DNA of 63,803 bases, the filler included, from Conidiobolus incongruus B7586 (taxonomy: Eukaryota): NCBI GenBank assembly GCA_000697335.1. It is 19 parts of 19 records of this genome, joined end to end, with 100 filler letters (N's around TTAATTAATTAA, not from the genome) between each part and the next. Parts side by side here need not be neighbours in the genome. Positions count along the whole stretch, not along the records: positions 6,578 to 13,174 come from JNEM01004392.1; positions 13,275 to 14,827 come from JNEM01004394.1; positions 14,928 to 18,391 come from JNEM01004400.1; positions 18,492 to 19,924 come from JNEM01004401.1; positions 20,025 to 26,241 come from JNEM01004406.1; 14 more parts are not named here. The stretch is one strand, 5' to 3'. How positions within the stretch are numbered: the stretch's first letter is position 1; every line of letters starts with the position of its first letter. A model generated the notes under the pieces. The model ran no database searches. It saw only the letters and a program-made list of their open reading frames with translations, and was not told the origin of the DNA. This document shows, piece by piece, positions 11,631 to 26,241 of this stretch. A program made the translations under genes and the position numbers.

Positions 11631-12949
11631 TTACCATAGAATTGAAAAAATGGGAAATTTTTTAATTTCTGATTTTTCAAATATATATTGATTTCAAATA
11701 AAAAAATATATACAAAACAAATAAAAAAATAAATAGTTTTGAATCTTATATATATATATATATATATAATAATTTTTTTGATTAAAAAAATAATTTTTTA
11801 ATATTGGTTGTTTAATTTAATTATATTTAAACTAAATAGTAATTATTAAAAGTCTTTTATTTTTATATTAGTAAAACTTAACCATAAATTCTCTAAAATC
11901 ATTTAAAATTTATTAGCAGCTTTTAGTAATAAAATATTATCTAAATCAACAATTTATTGCTAGGTAAATTATTTTAAGGCTAAGAAAAAAATTACCCAAA
12001 ACCTATTAAAATTTAAAAAATTAATTTCAACTATTATTTTTCTAATTGTTAATAAAATAAAAAAATATATTAAAAAGTACTTTTTTATTTCAATTAAAAA
12101 ATTATCAAGATATTTTAATATTAGTTACATAAGTATTTTAAATATATTAAAGTTTAAATTAAATTTAATTAATAAAAATATAAAATAGATATCTTATAAT
12201 TTAACTATAGCTTAAAAAAACTAAAATAGCTATTGCTAAACAAAACTTACTAAGATATAACTAGAAACCAAAGCTTTTATAGTAAACTACTACAATTGAT
12301 AAATTTTAAATTCTTTTATATAATCTTTTATTAAAACATAAATCAAAATGTTAGATTAAGTTAAATTAACCTTTTTTATAAATTCCTTTAAATAAATACT
12401 TTATTAATAAACAAATATTAATTATTATAATAGACTATAATAATATATGTTATTTTTATTTAATTTTTAAAGGAAAATTAATTAATAGTAAACTTTATAT
12501 TTCTTTTTTAAATAAAGTTATTTTTAATTAATATTCTTAATATAATTTGAGAAAGTTTATTATTTTATATAATAATTATAAAATATATAAATCTAAAACT
12601 ATAAAGAAATTTCTAATTAAAAATAATTACTAAGAACTATTATATCTAGTATATTCTTTAACTTGTAACCTATATAATTATAATTATTTTAACAAATTAA
12701 AAAACCAACTTATAAGAAAAAAAATATCTGCAGGAAAATTTAATTGATTTATAAAATATCAAATTTCAGTTTTTAATAAAAAGAATTGTTTTTTAAGTAA
12801 TGGAAATTTGCTAAAAATATAACAAAAAGATATTAAAAATAAAGAAAATTATTGATTTTATATTATATATTTATTTTTACTTTTTATATAATAAAATATT
12901 TAATTTTTTTCAATTACAAAGAATTTTTATTATTTAAACTAAATAGTAA
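11631..12949 (+). mobile_element. degenerate full-length mariner-like (DD34D) DNA transposon, ~1.3 kb
   Basis: TA-flanked, with imperfect terminal inverted repeats (TIRs; left end TTACCATAGAATTGAAAAAATGGGAA). About 12637-12710 reads LLYLVYSLTCNLYNYNYFNKLKNQL, a transition-damaged form of the mariner LPHPxYSPDxxPxDYxxF motif. Several related copies occur in the window. Confidence 0.75.
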
Positions 12950-13399
12950 TATTAAACAAAAACTATAATTATATTTAATATTTATAATGTTTTTTTGTTA
13001 AAAAATTAGTTTTTCAAAAAATATATTGTTTAACTTAATAATAAATATTTTAATCAAAATCTATCAAAATTAATTTAATTTAATAAAGTTAGAATTTAAT
13101 TAAAGATATTAAAAAATTATTTAAAATCAATAAATAAATGTATAAAAATTATTTTAAATTAACTTTTAATATAANNNNNNNNNNNNNNNNNNNNNNNNNN
13201 NNNNNNNNNNNNNNNNNNTTAATTAATTAANNNNNNNNNNNNNNNNNNNNNNNNNNNNNNNNNNNNNNNNNNNNTAACTTACCTTAATTTAAATTCTAAT
13301 TATACTAAGTTTTTTTTGTATATTTATATATAAAAGTAAATTATAAAAAAATACTAATATTTTTATTATTAATTTAATTTGTATTTAATAAAATAAAGT

Positions 13400-14550
13400 T
13401 ATATAATTAAAATTATTGATATTTATTCAAAATATAAAAGATAAAATAATGATATTTAATTACTAATTGGTTAAATTAACATCCTTTAAATTTTAGATAA
13501 ATTATAAATTTATAAGTTTTAAGTGAAAAAAAACTTAATATATTTAACTAAAGCTTTGTTAATTATTTTAAGTTTATAAAATATAGAATCTATTAATATT
13601 TATATTAAAACTGGTTAATTATGTTTTAATCTTCTTATTTATATTTTTAAAACAAATTTAAATTTTTTATATAAGGGAAAACTTTAATAATTTCTTTAAT
13701 TATTTCCAAAAATATTAAATTAAGTTTTAATTAAGAAATTAATATAGTTACTTTATAACTATTAATTTGTTATTATTAAGCTATTTAATAGTAAAAGCTA
13801 TAATATAATAAACAGCATTATTTTCCTAGAAAATAATATTAGATATATTTTACTTATATAATTCAATAGTTTTTTAATTTATTATTCAAGATATTTTAAT
13901 ATATCTTAAAATCAATTCTTTTATTACCCTAACAAAAGTATTTTATATCTAAAAATAATATATAACTTTAAATATTAATTAACCCATTATTATATTTTTA
14001 GGTAAAATTAAAATGATAGTCATAAAGTAGTATTATAATCTTTTTGAAATATCTAGCGATTTTATTATATTTACTAAATATATTTTTTTATTAAACTAAA
14101 TAACCTTATTGTAATTATTTTTAATTTAATATTAATAATAAAATTTAAACTCTTGTTTAACTTTATAATAAGTTTTTATTAATTAGTAATGTTTTTCTTA
14201 AAATATAAATAATATCTATATTAATATAAATCATATATATTATTATTAATATTAACTAATAATTTATATAGTCTTATAAATATTATTATATTTCTATAGT
14301 AATATTATATATGTTTGTATTAACCAACTTGCAAATATACTTGTTATCATATTTATTTATAATCTTAATATACTTAAAATTAAGTATAAATATGTTTTTA
14401 TTATAATTCTTAATAGTATTAACTAGAGTAAATTAGTTAACACTAGTTATTCTAATAATTATCATAAGTTAATTTACCTTTTTTATAAAGTTGATTAATA
14501 TACATATGAATTTTTTTAGAGAGGGATTTAAGTATAATAATATTAATACA
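13400..14550 (-). mobile_element. degenerate Tc1-like copy, boundaries approximate
   Basis: Collinear with 61200-62320; minus strand reads NIIF*ENNAVYY (xIFQQDNAxxH). Confidence 0.65.
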
Positions 14551-14927
14551 AAGAATTTAATATATCTATAAGATAATATATATAAAAATAACTAAGAGAG
14601 GAACAAAATATGGTTAAATATTATTAAATATATCCTTTTATCTCAAAAACTTCCAAATTTATATTATATCTTAATTAAATAATAAGGGTTATTATATTTG
14701 CTAATAGTTTATTAAATATATTTAAATATATTTAATTATTATAAGATAATATACTTTTTTTATATATTATCGTTTAAGGTAATTAAATATTTACAATTTT
14801 TTTAATTATTAATTAAAATATATATTTNNNNNNNNNNNNNNNNNNNNNNNNNNNNNNNNNNNNNNNNNNNNTTAATTAATTAANNNNNNNNNNNNNNNNN
14901 NNNNNNNNNNNNNNNNNNNNNNNNNNN

Positions 14928-15422
14928 AAATATATATAATTTATTTATTTAACTAATATTGAAGAGCCTTGATAGTTTTTAATTAAAATATTAAGATATT
15001 TTTTGATATATATTTTTTATTAATAATTAAAAAAATATTTATTAAAATTAGTTTATGAAATTTTAACAAATATTAAAAAGTTTCTCTTTTAGCTTTATAG
15101 TAATAACCTAGTGATTGATAATTGACTTAAATATAATATAATATTTCAAAGCTACTTGTAAATTATAAGTAATTTTAAATAGATTATAGTTAAGAGTTAT
15201 TATTAGTAAAATAACAAACTTTTGATGCTTATTATCCAATTTATATATAAATAAATTAAATAATAATTTTTCAAAATTTATTTTAAATTAAAAAAAATAT
15301 TATATATATATATATATTTAAGTTTTAACTTTCCTATTCATTATATATATTTCTTTTTAACACTAATAATATATTTCAATAATTAAAATTTAAAAATTTT
15401 CCTTTTCCTCAATCCTGTGGTC
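14928..15422 (-). mobile_element. 5' part of a related mariner-like copy
   Basis: 15140-15240 aligns by eye with 32770-32870. The end AATTTTCCTTTTCCTCAATCCTGTGGTCA-TA is a more GC-retaining version of the family TIR. Confidence 0.55.
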
Positions 15423-18149
15423 ATAGGTATATAAAATTTTGACTTTTACTTAATATTCATTAATTATTGATTATTATTCTTGTTTTTTATTGAAAAACAA
15501 AAATTTTCAAATACTTGATCTAGGATAAACTAAGTTTACCATATATTTGAAAATATTACTAAATATAATTAACATGTTTGTATATAAATATAATCGAAAA
15601 TCTTATTCAATATATAATTTATTTAGTTAATATTTTATTCAATTAAATTTTTATTTATCAATATTTTGTAAATTTCAACTTGGAAAATATTTTCATTTTC
15701 GTTAATATTGTTCAAAGGTATTCCTTACCCACTATATAATTTAGTATATTATCTGTTTCACTCTCTTAATATCTATATATCAAAAAAATATTCGCCAATA
15801 TTTTCTCTTAATATTTTATAGTAATTTATCCCACTTTAATATTATTCCATTTGAATACTTTCTCAATTGAATATATTATAATATATCTGATATATTATGA
15901 AGTAATATCATTTAATAAGAGTATTAATATAATTCCTAAAAGCTGAATCTTATAATCAATTTTATATATAATTTATATGAAAATTATTTAATATTTTTTT
16001 GCTTGATTTAATACTCAAAATATATTTCATATATCTTATTATATAAATTTAATTAAAGTTGCGAAATTTTTTAATACTAAAAGAGATAGTATTAAATTTA
16101 AAATGAATCTATAGTAATATAGTTAAGTTGATCAAATATATTATTAATCATATATTTTGAAAATATACAACATCATAATCTAATAATTTTTTTCAAACAT
16201 ATCAAATAAATTATTTTTGAAAAAATGACTAAATAAATAGAAAAAATTTCATACTATGGGTTGTTATATATAGATGATATTAACTCTATATTATTGATAT
16301 AAATTTGATTTTGTATATCTTTTGTATAGAGCTTTAAATATATATTGATATCTTTTTTCATTTGAACTGATTTTTTAATCAAATAATAGATTTTAGAAAA
16401 TTATAATTTTCAGAATTCATATTTATATTTTATTATGTATTTTGAGAATATAATATGATTGGCATAGTTAGATTGATTTAAAAATTCTGCCAAATGGATT
16501 ACCTATATAATTTGCTATTGAGCTGATTGCTCTATTAATCTGGAAACAAGCTTAATTTAAATCAATTCAGATAATTATAGTTAAAACCCTAAGTTAATAG
16601 ATATAATTGAAACTACCATTATTTTGGATATAGATTATATAATATGACTCTTATTAATGATATTATTATTATAGGCAAACTCTAAGTGGTTCTTATAAAA
16701 TAATATTATAAATCATTTTTTATAAGGTTTAATGCTAAATAAATATCATTGAATGGCAATTAATAAAAAATATATCATAGTAATAATTTTGTAAATATTT
16801 TATTATATTTTATTTCTATATACCAAAATTTTTGCTAATAAAACAATATTCTTTAAAAATTAAAATTTGAGTAATTGATTCTATAATTTTTCAAAAATTA
16901 TAAAAAATAATATATATAATTGATATCTATTATATATTATTAAGAAATAAGAATAATTTACTAGAAAATATTAACTAATACCTAATATTAATGGAGAAAA
17001 TTAATAGAACTAAGTTGAATTAAAATTAATACTAAAGGTATTAAATAAAATTCAAGACTTTCAATTGAGAAAATAAATTATAAATTTTATATTTTATTAT
17101 TAAGTTCCAAAACAATGGTTTTAATATAATTATGATTTGGAAAACCATTTTTATAATATTTCTCAATAGTGAATAATGCTAAGGAAACTTTCTAATTTAA
17201 ATATTTTAATTACTTAAAAATCAGTGATTAATAATTAACTTGTAATAAAAATAGAAATAGCTTTTTTAAAGTTTATACTATTGTATAATATGTTTAATAT
17301 TAAATGTCAGATATTATTCAAGTTTTATTTCAATAAAACTTAATTAATATTATATATAAATTTATACTTATATTTAAATAAAGTTAAAATATCTTGATTA
17401 ATTAATAAATAGGTATAATTGGAATCTAAATATATTAGGATAGTATATTTTAAGTTGTAAAATAGTCAAATTAATTTTAAATCTTATTTTTTAGATATTA
17501 TAATATGAAAATAAGTCTATTAGATCAAAATTTATTATTTATCATTTTATTATATTAATTAACAAAATAACTTATTATTAATAATATAAAATTAATTTAG
17601 ATATGAATTATATTAATTAATATTTTATAAATATAATACTAGGTTATTTGCAACAATTAGCTAAATTAATTAGAATATATTTCTTAGTTATATTGTAACT
17701 TGAATTTATGACTTGAAAATCATTTATAATAAATTACGATCTAAAGTTATAATGGTAATTATGTTTATTGGAATTTTGATTCTATTCATTCATAGGTAAT
17801 ATATTTTATTATATTTTAAATAATACCTGGAATTCAGATCTAACTTTAAATTAAATACAATGAATTATCTCACTATATATAAGTAATAAATTAAATAGCT
17901 ATTGATAATAAAAATATATAATGTTAAATTCAATATTATTCAATATGTTATCAAAAACATAGTTAAACTATTTAAATAGTGTTTGGCAATTATATTTATA
18001 AAATTTAAAATTTAAGAATTCAAAATTTATATAATCTAAAAAAAATAATATGATAGATAACTATTGCCTATAAAATTTAATTTCAATATCTTTATCAATA
18101 TATATATAAATACAATATTAAATTTATATTCATTGTATAATTTTTATTA

Positions 18150-18391
18150 TTATTTTATATTATAAATAATGGGAATTTTTTTAATTAGAAATAAATAAAA
18201 ATTTTAATATATGAAATATAAAAATATATATATAATATAAATTTAAAGGTTTTTTATATTATTAATAACTTTTTGCTATATTTTTAACCAAGATCCAATA
18301 TTTAAAAAATAGTTTTTTTATTAAAAATAAAAATTTAATGTTTTATAACTAATTAAATTTTTTATAAAAATTTTTTTAATAAGCTAGTTTT
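18150..18391 (-). mobile_element. 3' end fragment of the mariner-like family
   Basis: AAATAATGGGAA terminus; the sequence is collinear with 47891-48140. Confidence 0.55.
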
Positions 18392-21300
18392 NNNNNNNNN
18401 NNNNNNNNNNNNNNNNNNNNNNNNNNNNNNNNNNNTTAATTAATTAANNNNNNNNNNNNNNNNNNNNNNNNNNNNNNNNNNNNNNNNNNNNATTATATAT
18501 TTTTTTAGATAATCTTTTTTTAATATATAAATCAAAATTTTAATTAAATTAATATATTCTTTTGAATTTTTATTAATAACTTAATATTCTCTTTTATAAT
18601 AATACTAGTTAAAATTCTATACTTTATTTAAATATAATATTTCATTTAAGTTTCTTAAAAAATCTTAATTATTAATCAATTGAATAATATTCTTTGAAAT
18701 TAAATTATTTTCAATCAGTTTTTTAACATAATTTAAGAATAATAATTAAACAATACAATAATTACGAAATATATAATATTAAAGATATATAGTATTTTCT
18801 AATAAAAGTTTTAAAAGGGAGTTATCATATCTAGTATATTTATTATATTATAGCTTATGTTATTAACATTCCTTAGGCAATTAAAAAAATATTTTCAAGA
18901 AGATAAATCTTTGCCAATATATTTGATTGATTTATAAAATATTTGATTTAAGATTTAAATTAAAAAATTTATCTTTATATGTTCAGAGTTAATTGAATAT
19001 ATATATAAATATATTAAAATTAAAAAAATATCGGTTTTATATAATAGATTTATATTAGATATCAAAAATATTCCATCACTTAAAATCCAAAATAATGACT
19101 ATTTTAATATTAAAAACTTTATTCAAAATATAACTAAATTCTAAAATTCAAATCTTAAATAAGAAATTATTGATAATGATAATTAAAAATTCAATTTTTA
19201 GTTATATTATTGATAAATATATTATTATTTTCAGATATTAATACTAGTTTATTATTATTATTATTATTAAACTAAAAATATTCTATAACTTAGCGAAGAA
19301 GGAATATCAAAACCTTTAGAGATATTTTAATAGTTTTAAATTTTAAAATAAATTTTAAATGACATAATCTTTAATCAGCGAAGAAATTTTGAATATAATT
19401 TGTTAATATTAAATTATCAGTCAAATTCTTTATCAAAGTTTTTTGATTTAATTTAAAATTTACTTGGCAAAAAATGCAAAAGAAGTTAATTGCTTCAAAT
19501 TATATATATTAAGGTTCTGGTTTTTAAAAGATATACTAGTATAATTTTTATGAATATTTATTATATTAACTATTAAATAGAGAAATTCTAAGCTTAATTA
19601 TATTAAAGTTCAAAATTATAATAAATTAAATTAATATAAATATGTAAAGCTGATAATAATTTATAAAAAATTTACAAAAAATTATTGAAAAATAATTATA
19701 ACTATTTTATTATTCTAAATTTCAAATAATCAGACTTTTTTGATATAAAATTTGAATAATTTTTTTATTAAATATTATTTAAAATAATATATAATATAAT
19801 ATATATTCAATATTTTTTTTATTTTTAATTATTTTTGCTTTATTTTTAATAAATTTTAATAATTAATAAATAATTATTTTGATTGAAAATTTAAATTTAA
19901 TAATTTTTAAATTAATTAAATATTNNNNNNNNNNNNNNNNNNNNNNNNNNNNNNNNNNNNNNNNNNNNTTAATTAATTAANNNNNNNNNNNNNNNNNNNN
20001 NNNNNNNNNNNNNNNNNNNNNNNNGTATTAAAATAATCATACTTATATAATATTTGAAAAGTTTTTATTTTATAATTTATATTATATTATAAAGTTAATC
20101 CATAGTGAATATTATCTAATTTCCAGGAAATAGGTTTATATATATATATTTTTATAATTAAACCAATTAGTATTAATTATAATAATATATTATTCAAATG
20201 AAATTTAATTTAAAGAATTATTTTCTTATTCCTATTATTATCAATTATCGATACTATTATAAATATCTTTTATACAAATTAGTTTTATTATATCATATTG
20301 AGGATTATATTCAATATTATAATATATAAGGCATTTAATCTTATATTGATGTTTTGATAAAAAGGTTTCTATTTTCTAAGTATAAATATACACTTTATTA
20401 TTCACTTTGGATATTGAAATAATACTTTATAAAGGGAATATAGTGCTGTAATATACCTTGATAACCGTTAAATTAATAAATTATCAAAATGAATTTATTA
20501 TTTAAAATTTTTTTAAGAATGAAAAATAATATATATAAAGATTAAATTGCCTTTTATAATTCAAAATATATTATTATTCTATTAAATTATTTAGCTAGTT
20601 TAAATTTATATATTATTAATAAAATATTATCTTTTGTAATAATTACATTTAAAGATAGTTTTATTAAGTATTTTTCTAAGTAATCATTATACAAAAATTA
20701 TTCAATTTTTTAAAAATTTTGATCCAAGAAATATTGGTATAATTATAATAATAGATCTATCTTGTTAATATTTCATGAAAAAATTTTAAATTTTATGGAA
20801 TTATTTCTTTAATATAATATCAAATTATAGTTAAAAAAGATACCTATAGTGAATATAGTATAACATAAGAGGAATATTTAATATTGGCTAAATAAGCATC
20901 TTTTCTTGAAATAGAGTAACAATTATTTAGTTATATAATCATCATATTCATTCTTGAAGTTAAATAACCTTTATTCATAATGTAATTTATTTTTTATTCA
21001 ATATCGATTAGCTCTAAGACTTGGGTTTAATATTGTGATAGTTAAATAAATTCTTTATTGTATAAATTATAGGATTTAAATAATCTAGTTATGATAAATG
21101 ATATTAATATATTTTAAACTAATTTTTGGATAGTGATAAATATGAATTTAATCCTAATGCTTAAACTTTATTATTTTTAAAGTACACGAGGGTCATATAT
21201 ATATATTCAGATTTATCTTTACTTTGGAAATCATATCAAATCAAAAAGTCTATTTAAGAAAATGAATTGATAAATTGATTTTTTTCCTATCCTTTGGTAT

Positions 21301-21985
21301 AATTATCGTGAGTATTAAAAATAACAAATATATCTTGTTTAATATGGATACAATTGATAAATTAAAAGTATATTGAAATTTCAAAACTGACAAAATTGAT
21401 AAAAATTCTAATTATCATGTTAAATATAGTAGCAGCATATTATAGTATGTTTTTTCAAATTCAATCCTTTATTTATAACTTTATTTTTGTCACAATTATA
21501 AACAATTTTCAAGTGGAGTAATTAAATTGAAAACTTTAAGTTTGGAAACATTATATATTTTGATATCATTTTTATTTATTTCTGTTTTGACAAATTGGAG
21601 AATTAATAGATTGAAGTAAGTGTAGTATTCAGTTGAACTCAATACAATCAGTTTAAAATAGTTATATAATATGAAATTTCAAGGTCAATCCAATTCAATT
21701 GAGTTTATTTATGATTAGAATTTTCAAAATGTAATTGGTAAGTTTTGAATGATTGAAATTTAACTAAACTTTAAACATTGGATAATATCTATGTCTTAAA
21801 TAGTTTATTATTATAATAAAATCCATCCTTAAAATATCAATTTTATATTAGGTTCATTTGCCAAACTCTTAGTCAATTTAATTAGCGATGATCTTGTAAT
21901 AAGTTCCCCATCTGCTTGGAATTGAAATTTTCAAAAATTATTTAGTAAATTTTGACACAAAGTGGAAATGATTTGAAATGAAGTC

Positions 21986-22039
21986 AGAATTTATTAATGA
22001 AATTTGATTAGAATTTATTAATGAAATTTGATTAGAATT
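21986..22039 (+). repeat. 24-bp tandem repeat, about 2.2 copies
   Basis: AGAATTTATTAATGAAATTTGATT twice plus AGAATT, about 190 bp upstream of the FAN1 ATG. Confidence 0.85.
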
Positions 22040-22222
22040 AACACAGGTTTCATAAATCATCAGTTGGTTAATGTTTAATTGAAATTTCAGTCATATGAAT
22101 TTCAAAACCAAGTCACTTCAACCCAATTCCCATAAATTAGATCCATATGAATATTGAATTTAAATTCCAATTTCGATATTTGGTTTATGAATTCATTTAC
22201 ACTAAATTTTAATTGAATTTAA

Positions 22223-24496
22223 ATGACAAACCAACATTCATCAGATTCCACACAAATGGACCAATTGATACAAAAATTATCCAATATTAACCTTGATGAT
22301 GATGTTGATAATAACCCAGAATTAGAGTTGGAAATGGAGAGCATTATCCAAGGAGTGTCTAATTTACAAATTAGCGATATGAAGAAGGTTCCTATAAAGC
22401 CCAAACCATATCAAAATGTATCACTGAGTGAAGCATTTAAGAATACACTTCCCCAATTCCATGAGAAATTTACCGAGGATGAACTAAAATGGTGGTATAA
22501 ATACTCCAATTTAACTAGTAATTACTATTGATACAATTTTTAAATTCACTTTTTGACATTCAGTGTTTTATAGAAGATCCTAAAACTTTATTGACCAAGA
22601 TTTTCAACTTGGTTTATACTTGGAAACGAGTTAGCAAAATGAGACATTATTTTGACAATGACCAAGCATTGACAGGTGCTATTACAAGTTTGTCTCAAGT
22701 TGGATTTTTAGATATTGCTACATCGGAAAATATGGACTTGAAAGACCTATTAACAATATTAACAGTACCCGAACTTCAAAAGCTCATCCAACACTTTGAA
22801 TTGAAAATTTGTAGCAAATTAACTAAACCCAAGTTAATTCAAAATATTATCGAGAATTCCAAAGGTGAGAAATACTTCGACATGATGGATTATAGCTTTT
22901 CCCAACTAGGTCAACTCGTTAAATTGAATAAAGTAGTATACGACTTCCTTACTAAACTCGTATCGATCAACAGGCGATACTTATCCCAATCTTATATTAT
23001 CTCCTCCAACCCTCAAGAGCTACCCAAAAAGGATTCCAAAATTAATTTTACAATTGATTCCAGTTATCACGAAGCTAAACATGCCAAAACGGAAATTGAT
23101 ATCATATTCAATAAAAAGTCTAAATCAAATCAGGATCATTTTGATATTATTGCTAAATGTGAACCCATCGTTGGAATTTGGCATAAACTGATCAGAGAGC
23201 AGAAGGAAAAGTATTCTAAGATATCCAAGAACCATATTGAGTATACGCAAGGGTACGTGTATACTCTAATTGTGGATATATATCGGCAGAGTTTAGACAA
23301 GTTAAATCTGTATACCGAAGAGTGTTTGATTTTACAGGATTTATTAGGGCAGACGATATTTTTAACCAATAAACGCGGCGAATGGTGGGTGAGACTGTGT
23401 TTAGTTCAGGGTTCTCTATTGGGACGAGTTAATCAAAAATATAAATTGAAAGCTTATGAAAGCTGTGTCAAAGCTTTGAATGATGCTGTTGATGGAGGAA
23501 TTGATCAGTGTAGTAAATTGGACATTCAAAATAGGATGAAAAAACTTGAAAGAAAAGTCAAAGGTATCAAAATTACCAACAAAATGGACATGTATGAATT
23601 CTTTGAAGCGCCAATTATCATATTGAAAGGCAGACAAGGTACGACAAAGACGCGACAAGGTACGACATCTTGGATAATTGAGGGATTGGATTCCAAAGTA
23701 TCAGTTGAAGAATACGCACTTTACCATCTTTCTAAATCTGGAGAATTCATTGGAAAACATTCTGAAAATACTTTATTACCCACCATTTTCCAATTACTAT
23801 TCTTTGATATCATTTTCGAAGGGTATCCTATCACCTCTACTAAAAATTTTTATCATCCTTCCGATTTTGGCACCGAATACTTCTATAGGGATCATCGTGA
23901 AGCAATTGACACAAGGTTAGAATCGATTAAGAGGGATCGATCTTGCAAAATTGTTTTAAAGCATTATCAACAGTTGTGTAAATCTAAACCTGACATCAAA
24001 AATCTTTGCTGGGATTATCAATTAACGGAACTGTTACAAATTATTCAAGTAAGTTCCTAACCCTTCATGATTACCTTAAACTAATTTTATCAGTGTCTTG
24101 GAGCAAACAGACTAGCTCAAATTTGTGTCAAATTAGTTACAAGTTATAATCAAATGATCAGTGGGATGCCAGATTTATGGTATTTATAATTCTAATTTAT
24201 ATATGTTTTAATTAATGATTGGTTATTTCTAGTTTGTGGAATTTTGATCAAAAATTGATCAAGTTTGTTGAAGGTAAATCTAAACTGATCCTATTCGTTT
24301 TATCTAGTATTCAATTAATATTAATTCTTATAGTAAAAAGTGATAATGACAAATTATCAAATAACCAAAGAGTAATTTTTGAATTATTGAATATGTAAAT
24401 TTTAGTTTTAATTGACTTAATTATTAGGTTTGGATTGATTTTATTCACCGATGTAGTATTGATGTAGAAATTTGTCAAGTACAGTCTATTGTTTGA
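22223..24496 (+). CDS. FAN1: Fanconi-associated nuclease 1 (VRR-NUC) homolog, 6 exons: 22223-22517, 22574-24048, 24094-24179, 24233-24273, 24334-24371, 24428-24496
   Basis: Five 45-60 nt GT-AG introns with compatible phases join the two listed ORFs and restore the catalytic C-terminus SGMPDLCLW...FVEVKSDNDKLSNNQRVWID...VEICQV (PD-(D/E)XK). Also a SAP-like LTVPELQKL...KPKLI segment and the FAN1-type motifs KRGEWWVRL, SVEEYALYH, GKHSEN and LLFFDIIF. Confidence 0.9.
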
Positions 24497-25386
24497 CGGA
24501 TATCTTTAATTGCTCATAATATACAATTATGATTGTAAATTATAAATTTATTATTTTTTAGCTTGATCATGAATATATTTTTAAACATTTGTTATTTTAT
24601 CAATTAATCATGTATACTTATTTTCAATATGTTAATTACAACAAAATGAATTTATTTACCGAATTCAATGGTACATTAATAATTCAATATTTAAAATATA
24701 TTGAATAATAGACAAACATGATATATGACAATTTTTTAAAATTATCAAAATAGTTTTTAATATACTGAATCATTCTATTTAAAATCAGTCAATATAGTAA
24801 ATTTGATATAATTCTCTATACAAATTATGTATATTTTATTTAAATGAAATGTCATTAAATAATTTAAATCTTAATATTTTATGTTATATAATTATTAAAA
24901 ATAATGATAATAATTCTATATAATATTATTAATGACTATATCAAGTCATTTGGATTATATTTTTTGATTTTAAAAACAAATCGATTAAAATAGAAAATTT
25001 AACTATTAATGTTTATATTTTGAAATTATCAATTAATATCAATGGAATATAATTAATATTAGACTATTTTTCAAATAAAAAAATTTACCCATTCGTTTAA
25101 AAATTCTTGTAATTTATATTCCAAATAAGTTAAAAATTAAATTCATAATACTAATATTGGTATTATAATTAAATTAAAAAAAGGAGTTTTTGGATTTTTT
25201 ATTTTTTAAACATATTAGCCTTTGAAAAGTATAATTAATATAAAATTAATATGTAATTATATAGTTTCAAAGTGTATATAATGTTATATAGTTTTTGAAT
25301 TAAAAAATTAACTATTAAAAATTAATAACTTTAAATTAATCTCTTAAATTTAAATAATAAAATATCAAAATAGATAAATTTTATTA

Positions 25387-26241
25387 TTATCTTGGATTTT
25401 AAAAAATAAGAAATTTTTTAATTTCTCATCTCTCAAATTTATTATTTATCATTATTACCAAATAATAGAGTATAGACAAAACAAAAAATAAAATATATAG
25501 ATTTAAGTTATATATATAATATTTTTTGATCAAAAAATTAATTTTTCAAACTTTAATATTTAATTTAATAATGATTAAATTAAATTTTAGCTATCAGAAG
25601 TCTTTTTTTCTAGTTTTTATAATATTTAACTATAAAACATCTAAAATTATTTACAGTTTTTAAATAACTTTTAATAATATAATAATATTTAAATTTATTA
25701 ATTTTTTCTAAATAAATTATTTTAAAGAAATAAAATAATTATATTTATTAAAATTTGAAATTAATTTTAACTATTATTTTTTAAATTATTAAAGTGATTA
25801 AAAAATATATAAATAGTATTTTTATATTTTTGTCTAAGAATTATCAAGTTACATAAATATTATATATATCAATTTTTATAATTTTTTAAACTTAAATTTC
25901 AAATTAATTAAATAATAAAACCAATATCATATAAGTTAATTATGTTTTAGTAATATAAATAGAGTTATTAATAAATAAAACCTTTTATTTTTTGTCAAAA
26001 AATATAAAAACTTTATAATAAATGCTATAATTAATATATCCCAAATCTTTTATTATAATCTATTATCAAAATATTTATTAAATAATTAAATAAAGCCAAT
26101 TTAATCTTTTTTGTATATTTTTTCAAATTAATATTTTATTTATATATAAAACCTATTTGTTATTTAATATTATAATAATATATACTATTTATATATGATT
26201 TTTTAAAAATATTAAATTAATTCTAACTTTAATATTATTTT
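25387..26241 (+). mobile_element. 5' two-thirds of a mariner-like copy, cut by a gap
   Basis: Collinear by eye with 11631-12500, including the (TA)n tract followed by TTTTTTGATCAAAAAATTAATTTTT. Confidence 0.6.

Noticed and set aside
22223..22531. 102-aa ORF as a separate gene
   Set aside because: It is exon 1 of FAN1 read through into intron 22518-22573.
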